NCBI GenBank assembly: GCA_964499705.1
Contig: CAZCME010000013.1
Span: 45,217 to 109,216, forward strand
DNA from: an uncultured bacterium
GTDB lineage: Bacteria > UBA8481
Length of the DNA stretch: 64,000 nucleotides
Direction of reading: 5' to 3'
Shown here: positions 8,164 to 17,532 of the stretch, in pieces
Layout: each line of letters opens with the position of its first letter
Position numbering within the stretch: position 1 is the stretch's first letter
Made by a program: the position numbers and the translations under genes
The notes under the pieces: model-generated
What the model was told of the DNA's origin: nothing
What the model saw: only the letters and a program-made list of their open reading frames with translations
The model's database searches: none

Positions 8164-11031
8164 CTATTGCGCCGTCACAAGGTAATCGCGAAGTGCCTGG
8201 AGCTGCTTTTCCTCGTCCGGCGTTCCGCCGTCGAGGTTGGCGGGCATCCGGACTCCGGGATAGAAGGCGGCCGGGTTGCGGATCCATTTAACGATCCAGT
8301 CCGCGCGGAGCCTCTTTCCGGCGAGCGCCAGGTCGGGAGCCCATGTGTTGGATCCGCTGAGCGGCGTCTTCGCGCCGATGATGTGGCACGTAGTCGCGCA
8401 TCCCAGGTCGTCGACCAGTTGTCGGCCTGCCGCGACTTCCGCGGAAGAGGGATCGGGATGGCGAAGTTCGCTGAGGATCATGGTCGGCGTTTCCACGGCG
8501 GCGAAATAGTAGACGAGCGTGTTCAGCTCCGCGTCCCTGAATCCGAACGACGGCATGCGTACATTCAGCCACGGCCGCGGTCTCGCCATCGCCGGATCAC
8601 GGATGAAGTCGTAGAGCCACTCCGCCCGGATCTTCTGGCCGGTGCTGATGAGATTCGGAGGATTGACGTTCGTGAGCCACGGAGCATCGAAAACATCCGA
8701 TTCGACGCCTTCGTATTTCATCACGGCTTCGCGTATAACGGGCCGGATCGAGCCGCCGCGTCCTTCGATGATATGGCAACCCTGGCAGTTGTATTCGCGG
8801 ACGAGCCGCTGGCCCTGTTCCACGACGAGGTTCTTCGGGGTTCTCGGGAACATCTTCTCCGCCTTCACGCTGGGCTTCACGAATCCGACGATGGCCGTCA
8901 CGACCGCGTCGATCTCGGTGTCGGAGAGATCGAAGTTCGGCATCCGGAGCTTATCCAGCGGCGCAAGAACCCGCTCACGGTCGAAGATCCTCGGCTCCTT
9001 CAGCTTCTGCGTGAACCAGTCGTAGTTGTTATGGCCGATGTCATGAATGTAGCCGAAATCGAGCTTGGAAACCGGCTTGGAACCTTCCTCCGTCAATTCG
9101 GTGCCGATCGGCATCGCGGTGTCGAATCCGGGGATCTCGTGGCAGCCGAAGCAGCCATACGTGCCTATCAGTTTCCGGCCGGTGAACTCGAGCTTCTGCG
9201 CCTGAGAACTCTTTTCGATCGTCTCTTTCGCCTGGGCGTTCGTCATGTTCTTCGCGAGAAACTCCAGCATGATTCCATTCAGGATCTTCTCATCGAGGGG
9301 AGGAATCTCCGTGTTGAACTCCTCGTTCCTGTTCTGCATCAGGTACGCCGTGACATCAGCCGCTTCCTGATCCGTCAGTCTCAGATCGGGCATCCTCGTA
9401 TTGGGCGAGAACGCATGAGGATTCCTGATCCAGTTGTAGACCCAGTCGGCGGAGGTCTTCGTCGCCAGTCCCGTCAGCTCCGGCCCCTGCATTCTCCGTA
9501 TCATGTCCGACGTCGTGTTCGTCCTTATGAAGGCCGATCGATCCTTGTCAAAGTGCGTCTTGTCTTCCTGCAGGTGGCATCCGTAGCAGCCAGTCGTCGC
9601 GAGGATCTTTTCGCCGCGGGCCGGATCGCCGGGCATCGCCATCGAAGCCATCGCATGCGTATCGCTGAACTGGAAGAGGTAGGCGACCATCGCGTGGATT
9701 TCCTGGCGGGATCGAGCCTTCTGTTCGTCGGAGCTGTTGTTCGACTGATCGAAGAACCGCGGCATCCACGTGTTATGGCGGAAGCTCTTCGGGTTCAGGA
9801 TCCACCGGTACGTCCAATCCTTGGACGTCTTCGCGGCGATCTTCCTCAGCGACGGGCCCGGCTTCGACCGGCCCAGGTAGCGGGAGATGTTATGGCAGCC
9901 GTAGCATCCGGCCTTCTCGATGACCTGGAGGCCCAGGTTCAGTTTCTCCGCGCCGCGCAGTTCCGTGGCGTGCGAATGACAGTTCAGGCATCCCGCTTCC
10001 GTGTACTTCGTCGGAAGCATCGGAGTCTCCCAATAGTGATAGAGATACCAGCCGTATTTCGCCTTCCATTCCTCTTCCTGCTCATGTGACGACGGCCTGT
10101 GAATCGACATCAGGAAGCTCGTGCCGCGTCCGCGGCCCAGGTGGCAGCTCGCGCAGCCGAACTCCTCGACCGGATGCGGGGAGGCGCTCGAAAGAAACAG
10201 ATCCAGCTTCGGATGCGTCTTGAAGGGCTGGGCATCTTCCGCGAATTCGGGCCTCATGAGGCCCTGGTGGCAGGTCTGGCACCGGTCGACGCTCGGGACG
10301 CGGAGAAAGTTCAGGTTGTCGGTGACGTCAGGAACGACGACTTGTTCGATCTTGTAGGACGGGTTGAGGAAATCGAGAAGCGGCATGTCGCGAATGGCGT
10401 TGCCGATCTTCGCGAGGAGGCTCATGTTCTCCGGATCCATGTTCGCCAGTTTCCTCTGGAGAACGGCGGCCTTCCTGGCCAGCGCGGCGGCGGAATCGTT
10501 CAGAGCGCGGATGGCGTCCTGCTTCTTCATCATCTCGGCGGAGGCGCTCTCCAGGTCCGTCGCGGCCTTCTCGTTCTTCAGGCGCAATGCTTCCATCTCG
10601 CCGAAGAGCTTGTCCATCTCCGCCTTCTGCTTCTGCCCCTCATGCCCGTGGCCGCGTTGGTTCTCGTAGCGATATTTCGCGGCTTCGTACTCCGATTTGC
10701 GGAACTGGTAATCCTGGTTCGCCTTGTCGCTGACGGCCTTCAATTCCGTGATGGTTTTCGCAAACTCCTGGCTCACCATCTTCCGGATTTCCAGGTCCGC
10801 CTCCACCTGAGCGACCGCGTCGACCGCGTTCTGCAGGTCGGCGCTGGAGAGGACATCGCGCGTCTTGGAGATATCGAGCTTCCTGAATTCGCGCTGAAAG
10901 TGTTTCCATTCGCGGTCGTAGTCGTCCACGAACATCCAGATGAACGTGGCGAACATGATGATGCTCGATATCGCGAAGACCCGGTTCACCCGGGACATCA
11001 CGTAATATCTCTGCTCGCCCTTCTCCGCCAC
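8164..11031 (-). CDS. Multihaem c-type cytochrome (about 8 haem-binding sites), bc-complex associated
   Basis: 955-aa ORF with CxxCH motifs CQTCH, CASCH, CLNCH, CYGCH (twice), CFGCH, CQGCH and one CxxxCH (CATTCH); N-terminal TM segment followed by a coiled-coil-like region. Confidence 0.8.
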   Translation of the reverse strand: MAEKGEQRYYVMSRVNRVFAISSIIMFATFIWMFVDDYDREWKHFQREFRKLDISKTRDVLSSADLQNAVDAVAQVEADLEIRKMVSQEFAKTITELKAVSDKANQDYQFRKSEYEAAKYRYENQRGHGHEGQKQKAEMDKLFGEMEALRLKNEKAATDLESASAEMMKKQDAIRALNDSAAALARKAAVLQRKLANMDPENMSLLAKIGNAIRDMPLLDFLNPSYKIEQVVVPDVTDNLNFLRVPSVDRCQTCHQGLMRPEFAEDAQPFKTHPKLDLFLSSASPHPVEEFGCASCHLGRGRGTSFLMSIHRPSSHEQEEEWKAKYGWYLYHYWETPMLPTKYTEAGCLNCHSHATELRGAEKLNLGLQVIEKAGCYGCHNISRYLGRSKPGPSLRKIAAKTSKDWTYRWILNPKSFRHNTWMPRFFDQSNNSSDEQKARSRQEIHAMVAYLFQFSDTHAMASMAMPGDPARGEKILATTGCYGCHLQEDKTHFDKDRSAFIRTNTTSDMIRRMQGPELTGLATKTSADWVYNWIRNPHAFSPNTRMPDLRLTDQEAADVTAYLMQNRNEEFNTEIPPLDEKILNGIMLEFLAKNMTNAQAKETIEKSSQAQKLEFTGRKLIGTYGCFGCHEIPGFDTAMPIGTELTEEGSKPVSKLDFGYIHDIGHNNYDWFTQKLKEPRIFDRERVLAPLDKLRMPNFDLSDTEIDAVVTAIVGFVKPSVKAEKMFPRTPKNLVVEQGQRLVREYNCQGCHIIEGRGGSIRPVIREAVMKYEGVESDVFDAPWLTNVNPPNLISTGQKIRAEWLYDFIRDPAMARPRPWLNVRMPSFGFRDAELNTLVYYFAAVETPTMILSELRHPDPSSAEVAAGRQLVDDLGCATTCHIIGAKTPLSGSNTWAPDLALAGKRLRADWIVKWIRNPAAFYPGVRMPANLDGGTPDEEKQLQALRDYLVTAQ

Positions 11032-11046
11032 GTTCCGTCTTCCTCT

Positions 11047-12162
11047 CTAAATGTTGAAGAAATACTCGGGGATCGCCACGAGGTATTTCAGGTTGAATGT
11101 CCAGCGCAGGTACATCTTGATCGGAATGAGGATCGCCCACAGGAGCATCACGATGAAGGTGCTGTAGCGGATCGGCCCCAGGCCGGCGTACATCTTCTTC
11201 AGCCAGGTCTTCGCCAGGAGAGGCGGCATCACCGCGAAATATCCTCCGACGAATAGAATGCCCCACATCTCCCGCAGGAGAATGTTCTTCGGCAATCCGA
11301 TGTTCAGGCCCTTCATGTAGATGTATTCGGACAGGTTGACGTTCGTCAGCGCTTCGAGCTTATGCAGGTCCCACGCCTCGAACGGGCCGAAGAAGTTCCA
11401 GTTCGGGCCGCGGAGAAATGTCCCGATGAAGATGAGGTAGACCCAGAGGATGAGCCAGCCGAACATGAAGAGCGAGATCGCAAGGCGCCGCTGCTTGTAG
11501 CTGTAATACCCGACGCCCTTTTCATTGTTGTCGATGAAGGGAATCGCGGCGATGCCTCCGAGGACAAGCGTCGGGAGGATGACGCCGGCGATCCAGGGAT
11601 CGAAATAGACGAGAAGCTCCTGGAGACCGAGGAAGTACCACGGGGCCTTGGCCGGATTGGGCGAGAGCGTCAAGTTCGCGGGTTCCTCCACGGGTGCCGG
11701 GAGATAGATCGACCAGACGATGAGAAACGCGGTGCAGAGAATAAGGGAGATGAACTCGATGTAGACGAGGTCCGGCCAGACAAGCACTTTATCCTTCGGA
11801 TCATGGATTTCGGTCGGCTTCATCCCGCTCGCGAGCTTCGCGTCGTTCTCCACGGCCTGCTTCATCGCGAGCCAGAGGAAGAAGTATGTCAGGAATGCGA
11901 GCCCCGCGATCGGCACGTTATCGGGCTTTGTCAGAATGAGGCTGCAGTTCTCGTCGGCCAGTCCAATGAGAAAGAAGAGCGTCATCAGGGCGAAGACCGT
12001 GACCGCGCCCTTGTTGGTCCAGAGGAACGGGATCTTCAGCCGTGCGTTCCACTTCTCGAACCAGTCGTTCGGCGGAAAGACGAAGAAGAGACCGCCCGCC
12101 AGGACTGTGAATGTAATGCGCGGGTCCGAGAGGAAGTTGACGAATTCCTTGAGGTAATGCAT
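11047..12162 (-). CDS. Cytochrome b C-terminal domain protein (subunit IV-like, split cytochrome b)
   Basis: 371-aa polytopic membrane ORF containing PWYFLGLQELL, which resembles the conserved PEWY region of cytochrome b C-terminal domains; start overlaps the stop of the cytochrome b N-terminal gene by 1 nt. Confidence 0.75.
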   Translation of the reverse strand: MHYLKEFVNFLSDPRITFTVLAGGLFFVFPPNDWFEKWNARLKIPFLWTNKGAVTVFALMTLFFLIGLADENCSLILTKPDNVPIAGLAFLTYFFLWLAMKQAVENDAKLASGMKPTEIHDPKDKVLVWPDLVYIEFISLILCTAFLIVWSIYLPAPVEEPANLTLSPNPAKAPWYFLGLQELLVYFDPWIAGVILPTLVLGGIAAIPFIDNNEKGVGYYSYKQRRLAISLFMFGWLILWVYLIFIGTFLRGPNWNFFGPFEAWDLHKLEALTNVNLSEYIYMKGLNIGLPKNILLREMWGILFVGGYFAVMPPLLAKTWLKKMYAGLGPIRYSTFIVMLLWAILIPIKMYLRWTFNLKYLVAIPEYFFNI

Positions 12163-12974
12163 CAGGTCGGCCCCGATATTCCGCCGTCCTTGCGGACGCG
12201 CCAGAAGTGCACCGCCATCATGATCATGATGACAAAGGGAAGACCGATGCAGTGGAGCACATAGAACCGCAGGAGCGTCGCTTCGCCGACGAACCTACCG
12301 CCGAGAAGCGCGAACCGGACGTCGGAACCCTGGTGGACGAAGTTGATGTCACCGAGCGCCAGGAACGCCGTTCCCGGGCCCTGCGCTCCCATGAACGGTG
12401 TCGCACCGCCCATGTTGGATCCGACCGTGATGGCCCAGATCGCGAGCTGATCCCACGGCAGGAGATAACCCGTGAAGGAGAGAAGCATGGTGAGAAGGAG
12501 GAGAACGACGCCGACGACCCAGTTGAATTCGCGCGGCGGTTTGTACGAACCGGTCATGAAGACACGGAACATATGGAGCCAGACGGTGATGACCATCAGG
12601 TGAGCGCCCCAGCGGTGAATCTCGCGCATGATCCCCAGCGGCACCTGTTCGCCCAGGTCGACGATGTCACCGTAGGCGTATTCGACGGTCGGGCGGTAAT
12701 AGAACATGAGGAGAATACCGGTGATGGTGAGGACGAGGAAGATGAAGAACGTGAGTCCTCCCATGCACCAGGTGTATTTCACCTTCACGGCGTGAGTCGG
12801 GAGCTGGACGGGATGGAGGTGCAGAAAGACGTTGTTCAAAACGACCATCATCCGGTCGCGCCGCGTGGAGGGCGGGCCGCCGCCCTGGCGAAAGAGCGAC
12901 CGCCAGATTGGCGAATCGGCGATATACTTCCACACATCCGCCGGAGTGATCATCTTCTTCTGTTCGTCAGCCAT
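12162..12974 (-). CDS. Cytochrome b N-terminal domain protein (b6-like)
   Basis: 270-aa ORF with haem-ligand-bearing helices ([31 protein letters not shown]) typical of cytochrome b/b6. Confidence 0.85.
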   Translation of the reverse strand: MADEQKKMITPADVWKYIADSPIWRSLFRQGGGPPSTRRDRMMVVLNNVFLHLHPVQLPTHAVKVKYTWCMGGLTFFIFLVLTITGILLMFYYRPTVEYAYGDIVDLGEQVPLGIMREIHRWGAHLMVITVWLHMFRVFMTGSYKPPREFNWVVGVVLLLLTMLLSFTGYLLPWDQLAIWAITVGSNMGGATPFMGAQGPGTAFLALGDINFVHQGSDVRFALLGGRFVGEATLLRFYVLHCIGLPFVIMIMMAVHFWRVRKDGGISGPT

Positions 12975-12994
12975 CGTTTACCTTCCTGTTGTCA

Positions 12995-13897
12995 TCAGAC
13001 GCGGAGATAGGACTCGGGATTTTCCCATTCGCCCTTCTCCTGCTGAAACTTTCTCGTCTTGTCCACGAAGATCTGCCCGTCGTCCGCCATGACAATCTTG
13101 TAGCGTTCGAGCGGACGGGGGGCCGGCCCCTCGAAGTTGATGCCCGTTCTGCGAAATCCGCTGCCATGGCACGGGCACTTGAATTTTCCTTCGCCGGCCA
13201 GCCAGTTCGGCGTGCATCCCAGGTGCGTGCAGACCGTGGAGAGCGCGAACATGTTGCTGCCATCGCGGACGATCCAGACGCCGTATTTCTCCTTCCAGCG
13301 CTCGGAGACACCGGCGTCGTATTCGTCGGGGAAACCGGCTTTGAACGATTGCGGCGGCTCGAAGAGGACATTCGGGAACATGAAGCGCTGCATCATCGCG
13401 AGCGAGCCGGCGGTCGCGGCGGAGAAGGCGAACCAGCCGACGGAGAGCGCGGATATGAACGCGCGGCGGTCGACGCCTTCACCGTCGGGCATGAGGGCGG
13501 CGACGGGAGTCTTCTTCGGATCGAATTCGATGGCGTGAGCTTTCCCATAAATCTGATCGCGAGCGATGACGACCTGGCCGGGACCGATCGAAGCGGGAAG
13601 ATATTCGAGCGGCTTGGCTTCAGCAGGTTTCGCAGCAGCCGCAGGAACCGGTTTTGCAGCGGCGACAGCGGGTTTGGCAGCGCCGGCTGTCGCGGGCGTT
13701 GCTGCGGTGGTTACGGGCTTGGCGGCGGGCGAGGAGGATGCCGCCGATACGGACGCGGCTTTTTCAATGACGGGCGCGGAGCCTGCGACGGGCGAGGCCT
13801 TAGGAGCCACTTTCACTGCGGGCTTCTGGACTGAGGCGGCGGCTTCTTTTTTTTCCGGCTCCACGGAAGGAGCCGACTCTCTGTTTGATTCCGTCAT
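12995..13897 (-). CDS. Rieske [2Fe-2S] protein of the bc-type complex
   Basis: C-terminal CTHLGC...CPCHGS Rieske boxes; twin-arginine/TM anchor DRRAFISALSVGWFAF. The ~135 N-terminal residues are Ala/Pro/Lys-rich low complexity; an alternative start at Met 13492 (MPDGEGVDRRAF...) would remove it. Confidence 0.8.
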   Translation of the reverse strand: MTESNRESAPSVEPEKKEAAASVQKPAVKVAPKASPVAGSAPVIEKAASVSAASSSPAAKPVTTAATPATAGAAKPAVAAAKPVPAAAAKPAEAKPLEYLPASIGPGQVVIARDQIYGKAHAIEFDPKKTPVAALMPDGEGVDRRAFISALSVGWFAFSAATAGSLAMMQRFMFPNVLFEPPQSFKAGFPDEYDAGVSERWKEKYGVWIVRDGSNMFALSTVCTHLGCTPNWLAGEGKFKCPCHGSGFRRTGINFEGPAPRPLERYKIVMADDGQIFVDKTRKFQQEKGEWENPESYLRV

Positions 13898-14017
13898 ACG
13901 TAGCTGGATACACCTTGCGCGACTGAATTTAAGCGTCGGGGATTGTAATCATCCCATGTGAGTTTAATCAAGTGAAAATCTACACACACTCCTTTAATTT
14001 CTCTCCTCATTCGTCCT

Positions 14018-14926
14018 TCACCTGCCGGATGCTTCCATCGCGGCATGGCGAACTTTCATGTTCGGATCCTCTTTCGCCAATCTAGCGGTGGCCGCCTGTA
14101 AATCCGTATCCTGCAGCCCTTTGGACACTTCGATCACGACCTTGATCGCCTCATTCACTTCCTCGGAGCTGACCTCGGGAAATTCAGAGTAATAGTTCCG
14201 ATCCAGCAATTTCAGGAGCTGATCTTTCCCGGAAGGGTCCTTCATTTTTGCCAGCGCGATAGCCGCATCCCATCGGATGTTCGGCTCCGCATCATTAAGG
14301 GCTCCGCGCAGCACCTCGATCGAGGAAGAGTCGCCGATATTCCCGAGAGCGATGATCGCATTCAGGCGAATCCTCCCGTCCGGATGCGCGCTCGCCGTCA
14401 TGAGCGGCGGCACGGCGCGCGGATCGCGGATCGTCCCGAGCGCATGAATGAGGGAAGGCTTATTCTCATCGGGATCTTTTCCCAGAGCCGCGATGAGCGG
14501 CTCCACAAATGCGATGTTGCCCGTTCTTCCCATCGCCAGAGCGAGGTATTGCCGGACACGATTGTCGTCATGTTCCGCGTGTTCGAAAGCCGCGATCATC
14601 TCCGCGACAAATCGTTCTTCCTTCGGAACCAGCTCGGAATTGGCGAGAATCCGCGACAGCTCGAACGCCGCCTGCCAACGTTTCGTGGCCGCGCCCGTCT
14701 TGATGTCGTTCAGGTAATCGTATGTGGTGTGCTGCTCCATGGTGATGATCCGCACGATGAGATAGATGAGCACTGCGAAGACGGCGATGAGAAAAGGGAC
14801 AACGAAGAAGGAATGCACGATGACGCGGAGCAGGGACGGTTTTTTTTCAGGAGACGCGTTCGCCTGAGGCAGACTGGCCTGGGACACGTCGGACGTCGGG
14901 GGACCGGATGAGTGGGAATTTTCCAT
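14018..14926 (-). CDS. HEAT/PBS-lyase-like repeat protein with N-terminal membrane anchor
   Basis: 302-aa ORF; TM helix near the N-terminus, then repeated alpha-helical units (LIAALGKDPDENKPSLIHALGTIRDPRAVPPLM..., AIIALGNIGDSSSIEVLRGALND...) of HEAT-like type. Confidence 0.6.
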   Translation of the reverse strand: MENSHSSGPPTSDVSQASLPQANASPEKKPSLLRVIVHSFFVVPFLIAVFAVLIYLIVRIITMEQHTTYDYLNDIKTGAATKRWQAAFELSRILANSELVPKEERFVAEMIAAFEHAEHDDNRVRQYLALAMGRTGNIAFVEPLIAALGKDPDENKPSLIHALGTIRDPRAVPPLMTASAHPDGRIRLNAIIALGNIGDSSSIEVLRGALNDAEPNIRWDAAIALAKMKDPSGKDQLLKLLDRNYYSEFPEVSSEEVNEAIKVVIEVSKGLQDTDLQAATARLAKEDPNMKVRHAAMEASGR

Positions 14927-15045
14927 CGATGTGATTGCGGATTAAAACGGCCTGCGCGGATCAAGTCAATGCTCATGAAAATCCTGCGAGAGTCAAATCG
15001 GGTCAAGAGCGCCGTGATAACTATCTCCCTGCCCCCGGGCAGGAA

Positions 15046-15492
15046 TCAGGCGGCGGGAATGTTCAGAGCAGGACCGCCGTCCTCGGGGAAATCAGCGCGG
15101 CGTGAATTGGCGTCGTAGAGCATCTCGTAGATCCGGTGTGTCATCGGATTGGCTCCCTGGTTCGCCGCGTTCTTGGCGTAATCGTCAAGCACCATGGAGC
15201 GGAACGTCTCCTCGGTGGTGCCGCCGTCGAGAAATCCCGTCCGTTGCACGGCCTTGTCCATCTCCTTGAACATCATGCCGAAGAGGATGGAAACGAACTC
15301 GGAAGCGGTCTCCTTCATCTTCACTTCCTGCGGCGTGGATGCGGATTCGAAGAGCTTCCTGGACTTGTCGATCGAGCGGATGACCTTCTGGCCGAATTCC
15401 GGAGCGGAATTCCGGAGGTTTTCGAGTTGCTGCTCGCGGGCACGGTCGGCGGTCATGTCGCCGACCTTCAGGAGGGAGCCAAGACCAATCAT
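15046..15492 (-). CDS. Flagellar rod-binding protein (FlgJ N-terminal domain-like)
   Basis: ORF 15046..15621 trimmed to Met 15492 to avoid overlap with flgI; ASEFVSILFGMMFKEMDKAV...GGTTEETFRSMVLDDYAKNAA resembles rod-binding domains. Start uncertain (Met 15456 also possible). Confidence 0.55.
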   Translation of the reverse strand: MIGLGSLLKVGDMTADRAREQQLENLRNSAPEFGQKVIRSIDKSRKLFESASTPQEVKMKETASEFVSILFGMMFKEMDKAVQRTGFLDGGTTEETFRSMVLDDYAKNAANQGANPMTHRIYEMLYDANSRRADFPEDGGPALNIPAA

Positions 15493-15577
15493 AAAGCCGG
15501 ACCGACGACCCCCACGGATGGGGGAACGGCCTTGGCCGGCAGTGCCGCGAGAGTCCAGGGATGGACGGAGCGGCACA

Positions 15578-16699
15578 TCAGATGAACTCCAGTTCCGCGT
15601 GCAGTGCTCCGGCGGAGGCAATCGCCTGCAGCACCGCGATGATGTCCTTCGGCGTGGCGCCGACGGCGTTCAAGGCGCGGACCAGCTCCCGGACATTCGT
15701 GCCCTCGGGAAGCGTCACCGTATTCTCCGGTTGCTCCTCGATCGTCTGCTCCGTGGCGGCCGTGGCTCCGCCGCCCGTGCCCGCATTCGCGGCGGTCGTA
15801 CTCTTGATCGAGAGCGACAATTCGCCGTGCGAGATCGCGACGGTGGAAATGCGGGCGTTCTCTCCGAAGACGATCGTACCCGTCCGCTCGTTGATGATGA
15901 TCTTCGCCACCGCGTCGGGCTGCAGAAGGATATCCTCGATCTTCGCGATGAAGGGGACGGGATTATCGCGATAGTTGGCCGGCAGGATGACTTTGACGCG
16001 CTCCGCGTTTTCAGCGCGCGCCAGGGGCGGACGAAAGGCCGCGTTGACCGCGTCCGCGAGGCGCGAGGCCGTCGCGAAATCGGGGCGCTTCAGGACCCAG
16101 GTGAGCGAACCGTCCGCGTCGATCATGTCGGATGCGATGGAATTTTCGACGATCGCGCCGTTCGGAATCCGCGCCGTCGTCTTGTGGCTCTCCGCCGTCC
16201 GCGCTCCGGCCGCCCCCGACGAGAGCGATGCGCCGCCGCCCAGGGAGATCTGGCCCTGCGCCACGGCGTAGACCTTGCCGTCGGCTCCGACGAGCGGAGT
16301 CTGGAGGAGCACTCCGCCTTCGAGACTCTCAGCGTCGCCGATGGAGGAGACCGTGATATCAAGCTTCTGGCCGGCGGAGATGAACGGAGGAACCTGCACC
16401 GTCACGATGACCGCCGCGAGATTTTTCGGATCGAGCGTCTGCTGATCGAGCCGGATGCCGAACTTGCCGAGCATCGCGAGGACGGACTGGATCGTGAAGC
16501 GCGAACGGGCCGAATCACCCGTGCCCCGAAGGCCGACGACGATGCCGTAGCCGACGAGCTGGTTCTCCCGGACACCCACGAGCTTGGCGACATCCTTGAT
16601 GCGAACCGCCGGAGCGGAAGAAGCGGAGATGCCAAGCGCCATGATGAGCGCTAGAGCGGTGCCGCGATGGGCGGCGTGCAGAATGCGTGAGAGGCTCAA
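15578..16699 (-). CDS. flgI: Flagellar P-ring protein
   Basis: 373-aa ORF with signal peptide and overall FlgI-like sequence (IKDVAKLVGVRENQLVGYGIVVGLRGTGD...LGGGAS...); start overlaps the flgH stop by 4 nt. Confidence 0.9.
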   Translation of the reverse strand: MSLSRILHAAHRGTALALIMALGISASSAPAVRIKDVAKLVGVRENQLVGYGIVVGLRGTGDSARSRFTIQSVLAMLGKFGIRLDQQTLDPKNLAAVIVTVQVPPFISAGQKLDITVSSIGDAESLEGGVLLQTPLVGADGKVYAVAQGQISLGGGASLSSGAAGARTAESHKTTARIPNGAIVENSIASDMIDADGSLTWVLKRPDFATASRLADAVNAAFRPPLARAENAERVKVILPANYRDNPVPFIAKIEDILLQPDAVAKIIINERTGTIVFGENARISTVAISHGELSLSIKSTTAANAGTGGGATAATEQTIEEQPENTVTLPEGTNVRELVRALNAVGATPKDIIAVLQAIASAGALHAELEFI

Positions 16700-17505
16700 A
16701 AGAAGATCCCCGTCACGAAGGCGAAGGCCTTTTCCAGGAAGCTGGGGCGCTCGTCGTTCGTATAGCGGAGCGTCCCGTTCACCTTGATCGAAGCGTTCGC
16801 GACGGCATTGGACGAGACGATGTTGCTCGCGGAGACGTCATCAGGACGGATGTGGCCCGTCAGTTCGATGAGCTGTTCCTCGGAGTTCACGCGCATGATC
16901 TTGCGGGCGATGACCTGGAGATTGCCGTTCGGAAGAACGTTCAGGACTTCCGCGGCGACCGTCGCCGTCAGGGACGTGCGGCGGTCGGACTGGTTATCGC
17001 TGGAGAGCTTGCCCTCGTAATCGAGATTGATGAACGGCACGAACCGGCCGAAGAGATTCTTCGTTCCGGCTCCGTTGCCCGTCGGAGCGACCGTGCCATC
17101 AGCAGTCACTTCCTTTTCGCGCTCCGTCTTCCACTGGTGATTGGCGTCCGTCGTCTCGTCGATCCGGATCGTGATGATGTCGCCGGTCTTGAAGGAACGC
17201 TTGCCGGCGTTGAAGAGCCCGCCGCCGTTGCCCTGCTGCCACAGCGACACGGCGGACGCCTGGAAAGTCAGTGCGACGACGAGGCTCATGCCCATGATGA
17301 CCTTGGCCGCCAGTCCCGGCCCCCGCTTGCGGCGACTGCGCTTTCGCTTCTGGGGTGTCGGGTTCGCGGAAACGGGACGCGCCGATGGCGCCACGCTCGG
17401 CTCGCTCTGAAGCGCGGGCGCCGAATCGCCGACGAACGCGATCGCGGGCTGCGAAAACAGATCGAGCTGCAAGGGTTCTGCGTTTGTTTCTTCGTTCCTG
17501 TTCAT
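16696..17505 (-). CDS. flgH: Flagellar L-ring lipoprotein
   Basis: 269-aa ORF; C-terminal region (GDIITIRIDETTDANHQ...VLPNGNLQVIARKIMRVNSEEQLIELTGHIRPDDVSASNIVSSNAVANASIKVNGTL) is FlgH-like. N-terminal start may be internal. Confidence 0.85.
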   Translation of the reverse strand: MNRNEETNAEPLQLDLFSQPAIAFVGDSAPALQSEPSVAPSARPVSANPTPQKRKRSRRKRGPGLAAKVIMGMSLVVALTFQASAVSLWQQGNGGGLFNAGKRSFKTGDIITIRIDETTDANHQWKTEREKEVTADGTVAPTGNGAGTKNLFGRFVPFINLDYEGKLSSDNQSDRRTSLTATVAAEVLNVLPNGNLQVIARKIMRVNSEEQLIELTGHIRPDDVSASNIVSSNAVANASIKVNGTLRYTNDERPSFLEKAFAFVTGIFF

Positions 17506-17532
17506 GGCCTCATCCTTTTTTTCATTGCCGAA

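Noticed and set aside
8146-13010. Long plus-strand ORFs 8146..10089, 10099..11256, 11362..12264, 12207..13010
   Set aside because: Antisense to the cytochrome c, cytochrome b and Rieske genes, which have unambiguous haem and Fe-S motifs; the plus frames are Arg/Glu/Asp-rich without motifs.
13566-13961. Plus-strand Ala-rich ORF 13566..13961
   Set aside because: Antisense translation of the Ala/Pro-rich N-terminal region of the Rieske gene.
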